Assembly: GCA_040218735.1 (NCBI GenBank)
Contig: JAVJQW010000019.1
Span: 96,001 to 160,000 of the forward strand
DNA length: 64,000 nucleotides
DNA from: Deltaproteobacteria bacterium
GTDB taxonomy: Bacteria; Myxococcota; Kuafuiibacteriia; Kuafuiibacteriales; Kuafuiibacteriaceae
Reading direction: 5' to 3'
In this document: positions 1 to 8,985 of the stretch, one piece after another
Position numbering within the stretch: the stretch's first letter is position 1
Layout of the letters: each line of letters opens with the position of its first letter
Position numbers and translations under genes: made by a program
Notes under the pieces: model-generated
What the model saw: the letters and a program-made list of their open reading frames with translations, nothing else
Told to the model about the DNA's origin: nothing
The model's database searches: none

Positions 1-710
1 TCCATGCGATCGACCTGGCTGTAGTACGCCGCGAGCTCTTCCCGCGCGCCCGGGACGTCCGGCAGCACCATGTACTCCGGCATCGTCAGCGCCGCGGGAT
101 CGCGCGGGTGATCCGCGTGCTGCGTGAACGCGCCGAGCAGGTTGCGGTGCGGGTTCATGTAGTTCAGCTCGAGGAACCACCGCTCGCGGCCCCGGCGTCG
201 GATGAAGTCGATGGTCTGCGACGCGTCGACGATCCACTGCGTCGCGAGCGTCGTCATCACCTCCTGGTACCCGAAGCGATCCGCCTCGCTCGGGAACGCG
301 AGGTGGAACTTGCCTTCGATCGCCGTGACGTACCCCGCGTCGCGCAGGTGCCGCGCGAGCGTCGGCGAGCCGTCCGGCAGCGACAGCTCCGGCATCCGGT
401 GCACCAGCCCGGTCACGCCGTGCGTGTGCGGGTACTGACCGGTCGCGTACGTCGTACGGCTCGACGAACAGGTCGAGGTCACGTCGAACGCGTGGGAGAA
501 GGAGACGCCGCGCGCTTCGAGGCGATCGAGGTTCGGCGTCGAGGCGTTCGGGTTGCCGGCGGACGACAGATCCTTCCAGCCGAGGTCGTCCGCGGTGATG
601 AACAGGATGCGCTCGGGCGTCCGCGCCGAACCGCACGCGAAGAGTGGCCCCACGGCGACGGTCGCGCCCGCCGCACGGAGAACATCGCGCCGCGTCCAGC
701 TCCCGACCAC
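1..710 (-). CDS. Sulfatase-family hydrolase, probable Tat-exported lipoprotein (runs off the left edge; absent from the ORF track)
   Basis: Manual translation from GTG at 710: VVGSWTRRDVLRAAGATVAVGPLFACGS (twin-Arg plus lipobox), RILFITADDLGW, TPNLDRL, TCSSSRTTYATGQYPHTHG, GYVTAIEGKFH, YMNPH. Confidence 0.9.
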   Translation of the reverse strand, partial: MVGSWTRRDVLRAAGATVAVGPLFACGSARTPERILFITADDLGWKDLSSAGNPNASTPNLDRLEARGVSFSHAFDVTSTCSSSRTTYATGQYPHTHGVTGLVHRMPELSLPDGSPTLARHLRDAGYVTAIEGKFHLAFPSEADRFGYQEVMTTLATQWIVDASQTIDFIRRRGRERWFLELNYMNPHRNLLGAFTQHADHPRDPAALTMPEYMVLPDVPGAREELAAYYSQVDRM

Positions 711-789
711 GGGACGAAGACTGCCGCCCGGACACCGACGACGTCCACCGACGGTTGTCACCACCCATCGCGCGAGGAAAGCTGTGCGC

Positions 790-1200
790 GTGGCGCTCTC
801 GCTCCGATTCGCAGCGACCGCGCTCGTCGCGTTCGTCGCGAGCTGCGGCAATGACGTGATGGTGGTCGAAGCCACCGAACGACCTCCGTTCGAGCTCGAG
901 GTTCGGCCCTCCCGCTACAAGTTCGGCGGTGTCGATATCGGCGCCACCGTGACCGCCACGGTCAGCGTCCACAACGTCGGGAGGGAGCCCGTCGCGGTGA
1001 CCCTCGCGGACCTCAGCGCCGGTCCCTTCACGTTCGCCATGGCGGAGAGCCTCGTCACGCCCGTGCGCTTCGGTGCGCCCCTCCTCGTGACGTTCGCTCC
1101 GACCGAGCCGGGCGAAAGCACCCACGTCCTCGAGATCCGCGGCGAGCTGCGAGGCCACGAACACATCGTCACCCTCGACGTGGAAGGCCGAGCGTTCTGA
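790..1200 (+). CDS. Small lipoprotein with an Ig-like (ASH/choice-of-anchor D-like) domain
   Basis: C-terminal part of ORF 553..1200. Lipobox FVASC, then FGGVDIG..TVSVHNVG..VTFAPTEPG. Start inferred. Confidence 0.6.
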   Translation: MALSLRFAATALVAFVASCGNDVMVVEATERPPFELEVRPSRYKFGGVDIGATVTATVSVHNVGREPVAVTLADLSAGPFTFAMAESLVTPVRFGAPLLVTFAPTEPGESTHVLEIRGELRGHEHIVTLDVEGRAF

Positions 1201-1215
1201 CGAGTAGGACCCGCG

Positions 1216-2787
1216 CTACGGCTTCTTGCCCGCGAACACGTGCGTCACGATCGTCTCCGGCGTGTTCTTGTCGTCCGGGTTGTTGCCGTTCGAGTGGAAC
1301 GGCTCCTCCGCGCCGCTGACGAGCAGGTCGTTCCACCCGTCGCCGTCGAAGTCCGCGATCACGCCGCCGCCTTCGCCGAAGTCTCGCTGCAGGCCGAGCA
1401 CGCTGTCGTCCCACTGCCACGTGCCGTCGGCCTGGTTCACGAAGAACAGCGTGTCGAACTTGTAGCCGCCGGGGTTCTTCTCCCAGTCGCGCCGGTGCCC
1501 CTGCAGGAAGATCTCCGGCCACCCGTCGCCGTTGAGATCCCCGACCGCGATGCTCTGCAGGTCCACGTTGCCCGCGCCGGTGTTCGTGCTGTCGCCGAAG
1601 TTGTGCCCTGCCTTGCCGTCCGGCCCCATCCCCTCGTTCTCCCAGGTCACGAAGTTCTTCCCCGTGCCGTCGACGTTCCGGAGGATCGCGAAGCTGTAGT
1701 GCGCCTCGCCCGGCATGTCGCGGCGCCCGAGGAAGCCGGCGGAGCCGGCGGAGATGATGTCGTTGTGCCCGTCGCGATCGACGTCCGCGATCACGTACTG
1801 GAGGTTATCGCCGCCGAGACAGCGGTTCGCGAAGCGCTTCGGGTTCGGCGCCTCGTCCGCGCTCGCCCGCCCGTAGTGTTTGAGCGCGAAGTTCGCGACG
1901 ACCACCATCGCCTCCTTCGCGATCTTCCCGCGCACGTTTGCATGCACCTGTCCGTAGAGGAGGTTCTCGCAGTAGTACGTCCCGAACGGCGCGCCCGCGT
2001 TACCGCCCACCGCGATCTCCGGGTACCCGTCGCCCGTCAGATCCCCCGCCGCGATCGTCCCGCCGTAGGACATGCGGTGGCTGAAGTCCTTCTGCATCCC
2101 GCGCCAGCGTTTACCGGTCCATCGGTACCAGAGCGCCTCGCCCGCCTTGTAGTGCTCGGCCTCGCCGCTGCTGTTGAAGATCAGATCGTCCTTGCCGTCG
2201 CGATCGACGTCCGCCGCCGCGAGCCCCATCGACGTCGAGTGGTTCCCGAAGTTCTTCTCCAGGATCGTTCGCTTGAATGTACCGTCACCGCGACCGAAGT
2301 ACGCCGACGTGTCGACGCCCTCCCGCACCTCGAACGCAAAGTCCGCGTGACCGTCACCGTCGAAGTCGCCCACCACGACTTGCGCCGCGCACACGCCGAT
2401 GTCTCGGTACCGCTGCTTCTGCTCGAACCGGATCGGACCGCCCTTCGTCGAACGGCTGAGGAACACGCGCACCTCGATGCCCGGCTGACAGATCTGCTGC
2501 GCGTCCAAGCAGCGCTTCTCGAAGTACCCGGCCATCACCACGTCGGCGCGACCGTCTTCGTCGAAGTCCGCCGTCGCGACGCCGCCCATGTACATCCCGG
2601 GGACGCCGTGGTCGGCCTGAAGCTCGAGCCGCGGACGCGGCACACGCAGCTTCGGCGGCGCCTCGACCTTCGGTTCGGGCGCCGCGGCCTCGACCGCGAC
2701 GGGCGGAGGAGGCGCCGGCGGCGGCGCGCTCGTGCAGGCCATCGACACGACGCACAGGACCCACGCTCGAGACCGGTCCGGAGGCAC
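1216..2787 (-). CDS. FG-GAP/VCBS repeat beta-propeller lipoprotein
   Basis: Repeated DxDxDGxxD loops (ADFDEDGRAD, GDFDGDGHAD, ADVDRDGKDD, GDLNGDGWPE, ADFDGDGWND); lipobox SMAC and Pro-rich linker. Confidence 0.85.
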   Translation of the reverse strand: MPPDRSRAWVLCVVSMACTSAPPPAPPPPVAVEAAAPEPKVEAPPKLRVPRPRLELQADHGVPGMYMGGVATADFDEDGRADVVMAGYFEKRCLDAQQICQPGIEVRVFLSRSTKGGPIRFEQKQRYRDIGVCAAQVVVGDFDGDGHADFAFEVREGVDTSAYFGRGDGTFKRTILEKNFGNHSTSMGLAAADVDRDGKDDLIFNSSGEAEHYKAGEALWYRWTGKRWRGMQKDFSHRMSYGGTIAAGDLTGDGYPEIAVGGNAGAPFGTYYCENLLYGQVHANVRGKIAKEAMVVVANFALKHYGRASADEAPNPKRFANRCLGGDNLQYVIADVDRDGHNDIISAGSAGFLGRRDMPGEAHYSFAILRNVDGTGKNFVTWENEGMGPDGKAGHNFGDSTNTGAGNVDLQSIAVGDLNGDGWPEIFLQGHRRDWEKNPGGYKFDTLFFVNQADGTWQWDDSVLGLQRDFGEGGGVIADFDGDGWNDLLVSGAEEPFHSNGNNPDDKNTPETIVTHVFAGKKP

Positions 2788-2843
2788 GGTGGATCAGATA
2801 CCACGCGCAGCGGCGGTCACCGAGGCGGGCGGCGAAGAAGGCC

Positions 2844-3164
2844 TCAGTGCGTCGCCGTCACCTTGAGGCCGACGACGGACGCGAGGAGCGTCGCGACGAA
2901 GAACATCCGAAGAGGCGGGAGACCTTCACCCGCGAGCAGCGCCCCGCCGATCGCGCTCCCCACCACGCCGATGCCGACCCAGACCGCGTAGGCCGTGCCG
3001 ATGGGGAGCGTTCGTGTCGCGTGCGCGAGGAGGACCATACTGCCGACGATCGCCGCGCCGGTCGCGACGCTCGGAACGAGCCTCGTGAAGCCCTCGGTGT
3101 AACTGATGCCGAGGGACCACGCGACTTCGAGTGCGCCAGCGAGAAAGAGGACGAGCCACGCCAT
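2844..3164 (-). CDS. sugE: Guanidinium exporter Gdx (SugE), SMR family
   Basis: MAWLVLFLAGALEVAW, EGFTRL, LPIGTAYAVWVGIG; 106 aa with 4 TM segments; preceded by a guanidine riboswitch. Confidence 0.92.
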   Translation of the reverse strand: MAWLVLFLAGALEVAWSLGISYTEGFTRLVPSVATGAAIVGSMVLLAHATRTLPIGTAYAVWVGIGVVGSAIGGALLAGEGLPPLRMFFVATLLASVVGLKVTATH

Positions 3165-3178
3165 GGAAAATCACCTCC

Positions 3179-3220
3179 ACGGCCCGTCGTGCCTACCTGG
3201 TACGGGTCGTCCTCGTCAGG
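3179..3220 (-). ncRNA. Guanidine-III (ykkC-III) riboswitch
   Basis: Minus strand CCUG-ACGAGG-ACGACCCGU-AC-CAGG-UAGGCACG-ACGGGCCGU. P1 is CCUG/CAGG; pseudoknot P2 is ACGACCCGU/ACGGGCCGU (8 of 9 pairs); conserved ACGAGG core; abuts the GGAGG SD of sugE. Confidence 0.9.
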
Positions 3221-3296
3221 GCTCTTGATGAGCGTCCAGGAGGCTACGAAGCGACGCGGCACACGTCAACGCTCGACCTTGGGTGTGCCCGTCGAA

Positions 3297-4523
3297 TCAG
3301 AAGTCACGGTACGCAAGGTGCCAACCGCTCGGGACCATCTGGTCGTTGGGTTCGTCGCCGTTGAGTCCGAACACCGCGCCCGCCTTCGACTCCGACGGGC
3401 CGAAGTGCATCGCCGGGTTGCGCGTGCGGACGACGGCGTCCCCGAGCGCGACCGCTTCGAAGGCCACGATCGAACGCAGGTCCTTCGACACCACGAAGCG
3501 GCCGAGCAACCGACCGTCGTACTTGGTGTCGTTCTCCGGGCGGGAAGCGTCGAGGTGGAACTCGCCGGACAGCTCCAGGTGGACGACGTCCGACGCGACC
3601 GTCGACACCTTCGCCTTCAGCCACGAATTCGTCAGGTCCGGCGGGACCCAGGCCTGCCCCTCCGGCGTGAGCAGGTTCGTCAGCCCGAACCGCTCCACGT
3701 ACTTCGCGTCGAGCGATCGCTCGGCGCCCGGCTTCAGCTGCGACGGCACGAAGTCCGCGACTTCCGACTTCTTGATCCACAGGTAGTCGAAGTGGAAGTA
3801 CATCGCGTTGCGCTGGTCCAGGTCCGGGAAGCGCGGGTCCGGAAGCGACCGCTTCGTCACGCGGATGTCGATCACGTCCTCACGCGACGGGCGCCAGTGT
3901 GGCAGCGCGTCACCGGGCCGCAAGGGCTCTTGCAACAGACGGTCGGACTTCTCCATCCGGTCGTAGTCCCGTTTCGCCGCCTTCAACGCCTCGAGCGCGG
4001 ACTCGGGATCGTAGTCCGTGTAGTGCTCGAAGAGCTTGCCCGTCGAGCTCGCGAGCATGATGCCCTGGTACGCTCCCGGGAACGGCGACTGCGCGTAGAG
4101 CCGCTGCATGATCGCGTACTCCCGCTTCCCCGCCTCCTTGCGGTTCACGTACTCCAGGTCGCTCGTCGCGACCGCCACGAAGTTCTCTCGAATGTATTGC
4201 GCCACGCGCGGGTCGTTGCAGACCAACTGCCTGCTTCGTACGCCGTTCTGTCAGCACGCGCCTCGCGGGCCCCCGAAGTACAGCCACAGGAGCAACGGTT
4301 TGTCGGTGCGCTGCGATTCGCGGATGCCCTCGTAGGCGGTCGAGTGCCAGTTGACCGCCTGAAACTGCAGGTCACCGGGGCGGAGCCGGACGAGCTCTTT
4401 CACACGGTCGTACGTGGAAGGGGTGAGCTCTCGGGGGACCGTCGCGGGGTCGATCGCCGGTACGGACGGCGTGCTCGCGCAGCCGAGCATCGCCACGAAC
4501 GGGAGCCACTTCTCGATCCGCAT
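3297..4523 (-). CDS. Putative selenoprotein (SelN-like thioredoxin-fold lipoprotein, Cys-Sec motif), read through the in-frame TGA at 4251-4253
   Basis: ORFs 4251..4538 and 3297..4226 share a frame and are separated only by TGA plus 8 sense codons: KPLLLWLYFGGPRGAC-U-QNGVRSRQLVCNDPRVAQYIRENFVAVA. RBS GAAGAGGG before ATG 4523; lipobox MLGC. Confidence 0.8.
4218..4234 (-). promoter_or_regulatory. Candidate bacterial SECIS hairpin
   Basis: GCAGGC-AGUUG-GUCUGC stem-loop starts 16 nt after the UGA, with G in the second loop position. Confidence 0.6.
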
Positions 4524-4534
4524 CGTCGCCCTCT

Positions 4535-5776
4535 TCAATCGCGCGAGGCCCGCTTCTTCTTCCGCCGCGCCTTGCCTTTTCGTTTCTTCGGCGGCGCCTT
4601 CTTGCCGAGGTCGGGCGTGAGGAGATCTTCCTCTTCGGGATCGAGCCCGTCGAGCGGATCTTCCGGTGCCGGCGGCGGCGGCGGACGACGCATCGCCTCG
4701 CGTCGCTCCGCGGGGGAGGCCAGGTGCCAGTACGTGCGCTTCGCGAGCCGCGCGACGACGTCCTCGGAACGTTTGCGCCCGCTGTTCTTCACCGCGATCG
4801 CGAACACCACCGGCCGCTTCTCGCTCATGTAGAAAACGGAGAAGTCGCAGATGCGCCGGAACTGGGTGCCCGTCTTGTGTGCGAGCGGGATGGAGTCGGG
4901 GAGACCGGCGCGGACGCGGCGCCGGCCGGTCTCGGTGCCGAGCATGACCTTGATCATCGCTTCGCTCGCGGCGCCGTCGATGACCTTCCCGGTGGCGAGT
5001 TGTTCGAGGAGAGCCCCCATCGCGGAGACCGGCGCCGTGTTGTAGCCCTGCGCGTAGTAGTCGTAGAACGCGCGCGAGTAGTCGGAGGTGGTGAACGTGC
5101 CGGGTGGCTCGTCGAGCATCTGCGTGAACTTGAGGAGGCGTTTCTCGAGCGGACGCGTGACGCCGAGACTGAAGATGTCCTGCGGCGAGAACGACGCGGT
5201 GCGGGTGTCGATCTGGCGGTAGACCAGGCGGCGAACGTCGAGGAGCGTGGTGATGGGACCGAAGCCCTCCAGGCCCATCTCTTTCAGCACGGCGTTCACG
5301 TTTTCGAGGCCGACGTGGCGGATGACCATGTCGGTCGCGGCGTTGTCGCTCTGCTGGATCATCGCCTCCACGAGGATGCGGAGCGAGACCGGCGTCCCCA
5401 CGCGAAGGAACGACAGGAGCGGAGCACCGTCACGGACGTCGGCGGCGGTGTAGATCATCTCCTCGTCGAGCGTCGTCTGGCCGGCGCGGATCTGCTTGAA
5501 GAGGGCGATCATCACCGGGACCTTCACGCCGGACGCGAGGTACATCGGGGTGTTCGCGTTGTAGGTGTACTTCACCCCCGTGGAGAGGTCCTTCACGTAC
5601 AGCGCGAACTCGCCGTTGAAGCCCTTGGCGATCTTGACCACGTCCGACTGCAGCTCGACCGGCCACGTCGGCAGATGAGGTTCCTCGGCGCGCGCCGTCG
5701 AAGCCGCGAAGACGAACGTGAGCGCGAGGAGGGGGCGCACCGTCGCGATCCTGCCGGGTCGATCGACGTTCCGCAA
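4535..5776 (-). CDS. Serine hydrolase, class A beta-lactamase-like fold (paralogue 1)
   Basis: SxxK (ASGVK), SDN and HKTG motifs; signal peptide (alternative start GTG 5740); basic C-terminal tail. Confidence 0.85.
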   Translation of the reverse strand: MRNVDRPGRIATVRPLLALTFVFAASTARAEEPHLPTWPVELQSDVVKIAKGFNGEFALYVKDLSTGVKYTYNANTPMYLASGVKVPVMIALFKQIRAGQTTLDEEMIYTAADVRDGAPLLSFLRVGTPVSLRILVEAMIQQSDNAATDMVIRHVGLENVNAVLKEMGLEGFGPITTLLDVRRLVYRQIDTRTASFSPQDIFSLGVTRPLEKRLLKFTQMLDEPPGTFTTSDYSRAFYDYYAQGYNTAPVSAMGALLEQLATGKVIDGAASEAMIKVMLGTETGRRRVRAGLPDSIPLAHKTGTQFRRICDFSVFYMSEKRPVVFAIAVKNSGRKRSEDVVARLAKRTYWHLASPAERREAMRRPPPPPAPEDPLDGLDPEEEDLLTPDLGKKAPPKKRKGKARRKKKRASRD

Positions 5777-5781
5777 ACGCC

Positions 5782-6858
5782 TCAGGACCCCTTCTTCGCG
5801 TGATCGGCCAGGATGAGGTCGTACGCCTTGCGGGCGATCCGCGCGATCGCCGCCTCCGAGGACGGCACGGTTCCGCCCTTGGTGCAGGCGGTGACGATCA
5901 TGGGTTTGCCGTCCGGGAGAAACACCACGCCGAGGTCGCAGAGGCGCTCGAACTGACTGCCGGTCTTGTGCGCGACGCGCGTCCCTCGCGGGAGGCGGCC
6001 CAGAATGCGGTGCGTGCTCGTGCGCGCGCCGGTCATCAGCTCGAGCATCTCTTCGCTCGCCTTCGCGGAGACGAGCTGCTTGCGGAGCATCTTCTCGAAC
6101 ACGAGTCCGACGGTCGCCATCGGGGCGTTGTTCACTTCGGTGGCGTAGAAGCGGTCGTACGCCTTCATGAGGTCGTCCTTGGAGTAGGTCCGGCGGGGGA
6201 CCCCGAGCATCTCGTTCAGCTTCGCGATCTGCGGGTTCCAGATGCGGGTCCAGCGGATCGTGCGGACCTCCAGGGGGGTGAGGTCGTCGGCGGTGACGTC
6301 GAGGTTGCGGTAGATGCCCCGACGGACGTCGACCAGGTACGTCAGGGGCGTGAACCCTTCGAGGCCCTCGTCGACGAGGCCGCGGTTGATCGCCTGCAGG
6401 TCGGCGCGCTCCGCGAGGATGTCCGACGCGGCGTTGTCACTCGACCGCATCATCCAGTCGAGGAGGGTGTGGATCGACACCTGCGTCCCCAGCTCGATCT
6501 TGTTCGACCGGGGGCCGCCGTCGCGCAGGTTCTTCTCGGTGAAGGTGATCTTCTCGTCGAACGTGAGCCCGTCGTGCTCCCGCGCCCGAAAAATCCCGAT
6601 CATGAACGCGATCTTGACTCCCGACGCGAGATAGAACGGTTTGCCAGCGTTGAACCCATACCGGTAGCCGCGGTAGGGGTCGGAGACGTAGGCGGCGAGC
6701 TCGCCGGAATAACGACGATTGATGCGCTCGATTTCGCGGTCCAGGTCCTTCGTCCAAGGCGCCGGCTTCAGCTCGGCGATCGGCACGAGCTCGACCTCCT
6801 CGGCGGACGCCGAGGACGCGAACAAACCCAGGGCGATGGCGAGCGCGAAGATCCGCAA
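5782..6858 (-). CDS. Serine hydrolase, class A beta-lactamase-like fold (paralogue 2)
   Basis: ASGVK, SSDNAA, HKTGS; signal peptide LRIFALAIALGLFASSASA from TTG 6858. The N-terminal extension in the ORF track is a shadow of the opposite gene. Confidence 0.85.
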   Translation of the reverse strand: MRIFALAIALGLFASSASAEEVELVPIAELKPAPWTKDLDREIERINRRYSGELAAYVSDPYRGYRYGFNAGKPFYLASGVKIAFMIGIFRAREHDGLTFDEKITFTEKNLRDGGPRSNKIELGTQVSIHTLLDWMMRSSDNAASDILAERADLQAINRGLVDEGLEGFTPLTYLVDVRRGIYRNLDVTADDLTPLEVRTIRWTRIWNPQIAKLNEMLGVPRRTYSKDDLMKAYDRFYATEVNNAPMATVGLVFEKMLRKQLVSAKASEEMLELMTGARTSTHRILGRLPRGTRVAHKTGSQFERLCDLGVVFLPDGKPMIVTACTKGGTVPSSEAAIARIARKAYDLILADHAKKGS

Positions 6859-6883
6859 GAGCGCCGCGAACCTAACACACCGC

Positions 6884-8242
6884 GTGGCCGTCGTCGTGTC
6901 GCTCGCCGCGTTCGTCGGCTGCGCGACGCCGACCGAGTGGCGACGCCAACAGCAGAACGACTTCGAAGACGAAGAAGCGCAGATCGTCGAACGCCAGCCG
7001 ACGAAGAAGAAGGGCAAGCGCAAACGTCGTCGGCGCCGTCGTCGCTCTCGCGACCCGGAGTCGCGCGAGCTCGACGGGCTCGCGTTGAAGCTCGGCGCCG
7101 CCGCGGAGGCGATCGAGAACCCGTGCAAGAACCCGCTGTGCACGAGCCGGGCGCTCGACCCATTCTTCAAGAAGCTCGACGAGATCCAGAAGGACCGTGA
7201 CGGACACGCACGCGTTCTGCACCTCGGCGACTCACACATCGCGGCCGACTACATCACGCGCGTCGTGCGGCGCCGTCTGCAGGAGCGGTTCGGCAACGGC
7301 GGGCGCGGCTTCGTCGCGATCGATCAGCGCGCACGCTACGGCGGTCGGCGCCTCAAACGCGCCGGCTTCACGCGGACGCGCATCGTCGACAAGGGCCACG
7401 GCGGCGAGCCGTTCGGCTTCTCCGGTATGGCGATCCACGCTGCGCGCGGCGGTGCGAAGGTTTCGTTCGAGCTGGAGCCGGAGGACGACGACCTCGTCGT
7501 CTACTACCTCGCCGAGCGCTCCGGCGCGGAGGTGAAGATCTACGTCGAGAAGGAGGAGGTCGGCACGCTCGACACCCGCGCGCGCAACGTCGCGAGTGAG
7601 ACGAAGCGCTTCGAGATCCCGATGCACCGCCTCGGCGGCGCGACGCCGCCCGAGTGGATGGAGATGGTCACGGAGTCGCGCGGCCCGACGTTCATGGGGC
7701 TGTCGTTCGAGTCGATCGAGCCCGGCGTCATCTACGACTCGATCGGCCCCGTCGGCGCCGACGCGCGGGTGTACCTCAGCCTCGACAAGGAGAGCCTGCG
7801 CGACCACATGAAGGCGGCGAAGCCGAACCTCGTGGTGCTGATGGTCGGCGGCAACGACGCGCTGATGGTGCGGCAGAACAAACGCACGCTCGCGCAGGTG
7901 AAGAAGGATCACGTCGCGTTGATCCGCCGCCTCAAGAAGTACGCGCCGCAGTCGGCGTGCCTGATGTTCGGACCGATGGACGCCGCCGAGCGCCTCGACG
8001 ACGGCACCGTCGTCACGAAACGCTTCGTCCCGGAGATCAACGAGATGCAGCGCGAGGTCGCGAAGGAGGAGGGGTGCGCGTTCTGGGACACGTTCGCCTC
8101 GATGGGCGGCCCCGGCGCGTTCGGCGTGTGGCTCGAGGAGGGCATCATGAACCAGGACCTCGTGCACCCGCGCTCCAAGGGCGGCGATCTCCTGGGGCAC
8201 CTCTTCGCGCGCGCCCTGATGGACGCGTACCTCGGGCGATGA
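6884..8242 (+). CDS. SGNH/GDSL hydrolase lipoprotein (PatB/Ape-like polysaccharide or peptidoglycan O-acetyl enzyme)
   Basis: HLGDSH, RFGNGGRGFV, VGGND, DLVHP; lipobox FVGC; start inferred at GTG 6884. Confidence 0.8.
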   Translation: MAVVVSLAAFVGCATPTEWRRQQQNDFEDEEAQIVERQPTKKKGKRKRRRRRRRSRDPESRELDGLALKLGAAAEAIENPCKNPLCTSRALDPFFKKLDEIQKDRDGHARVLHLGDSHIAADYITRVVRRRLQERFGNGGRGFVAIDQRARYGGRRLKRAGFTRTRIVDKGHGGEPFGFSGMAIHAARGGAKVSFELEPEDDDLVVYYLAERSGAEVKIYVEKEEVGTLDTRARNVASETKRFEIPMHRLGGATPPEWMEMVTESRGPTFMGLSFESIEPGVIYDSIGPVGADARVYLSLDKESLRDHMKAAKPNLVVLMVGGNDALMVRQNKRTLAQVKKDHVALIRRLKKYAPQSACLMFGPMDAAERLDDGTVVTKRFVPEINEMQREVAKEEGCAFWDTFASMGGPGAFGVWLEEGIMNQDLVHPRSKGGDLLGHLFARALMDAYLGR

Positions 8243-8259
8243 TCGTCGGGCGATGATCG
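8232..8259 (+). repeat. 14-bp perfect tandem duplication of the stop/start junction
   Basis: TCGGGCGATGATCG at 8232-8245 and 8246-8259. Confidence 0.8.
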
Positions 8260-8867
8260 CGTGGTCCAAGCTCGCGCTGCACCGGCGCGAGATCGCGAAG
8301 CGCTGGCGCTCGGTCTACGCACTCCCGATCGTTCGCCGCGGTAAAGCACTCGCGGCGGAGACGATCCAACCGGGGTGGTCGGTCCTCGAAGTCGGCGCGG
8401 GGGACGCGAGCCTCGCGAAGCGACTCCCGGACGGCGCGACGTACGCGTCGATGGACATCGACCCAGAGGTCGACGCGACCTACCACGACCTCGACGGCAT
8501 CGACGTGACGTTCGACTGCGTCGTCGCGATCGAAGTGATCGAGCACCTCCCGGTCGACGACGTGCTGCCTTGGCTCTCGCGCCTGGTGTCGCTCCTGAAA
8601 CCCGGCGGCACGCTGCTGCTGACGACGCCGAACATCTACTGCCCGTCGGCGTTCCTGCGCGACGCCACGCACCGCACGCCGATCGCCTACGACGAGCTCG
8701 GCGGCCTGGTGACCGCGGCGGGGACGACGGTGCGGGCGATGTACCGGATCGACGGCGACGCGGCGCTGCGGCGGGGGATCAACCGATACCTGCTGTTCTG
8801 GCTCTATCGTCTGATGCGCCTCGACCACGCGCAGCGCGTGGCGGTGGTCGCGACGCGCGTAGACTGA
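8253..8867 (+). CDS. Class I SAM-dependent methyltransferase
   Basis: VLEVGAG, FDCVVAIEVIEHL, LLKPGGTLLLTTPN, DATH. Confidence 0.88.
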   Translation: MIAWSKLALHRREIAKRWRSVYALPIVRRGKALAAETIQPGWSVLEVGAGDASLAKRLPDGATYASMDIDPEVDATYHDLDGIDVTFDCVVAIEVIEHLPVDDVLPWLSRLVSLLKPGGTLLLTTPNIYCPSAFLRDATHRTPIAYDELGGLVTAAGTTVRAMYRIDGDAALRRGINRYLLFWLYRLMRLDHAQRVAVVATRVD

Positions 8868-8957
8868 ACGCGGGACGCAGATCATCTTCACGCGATCGCT
8901 GCGACGCGGATGTCGTGGTCGACGACGGCGAGGCCAGGGATCTGGTGAAGGCGGCGG

Positions 8958-8973
8958 TGGTCTCCGGCTTGCT
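8958..8973 (+). promoter_or_regulatory. sigma54 -24/-12 promoter
   Basis: TGGTCTCCGGCTTGCT (GG-N10-GC) just upstream of 8986. Confidence 0.6.
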
Positions 8974-8985
8974 CGATCCGACGCC

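Noticed and set aside
4535-6858. Bona fide antibiotic-resistance beta-lactamases
   Set aside because: No recognisable ExxLN omega-loop motif, host-like codon usage and no mobile context.
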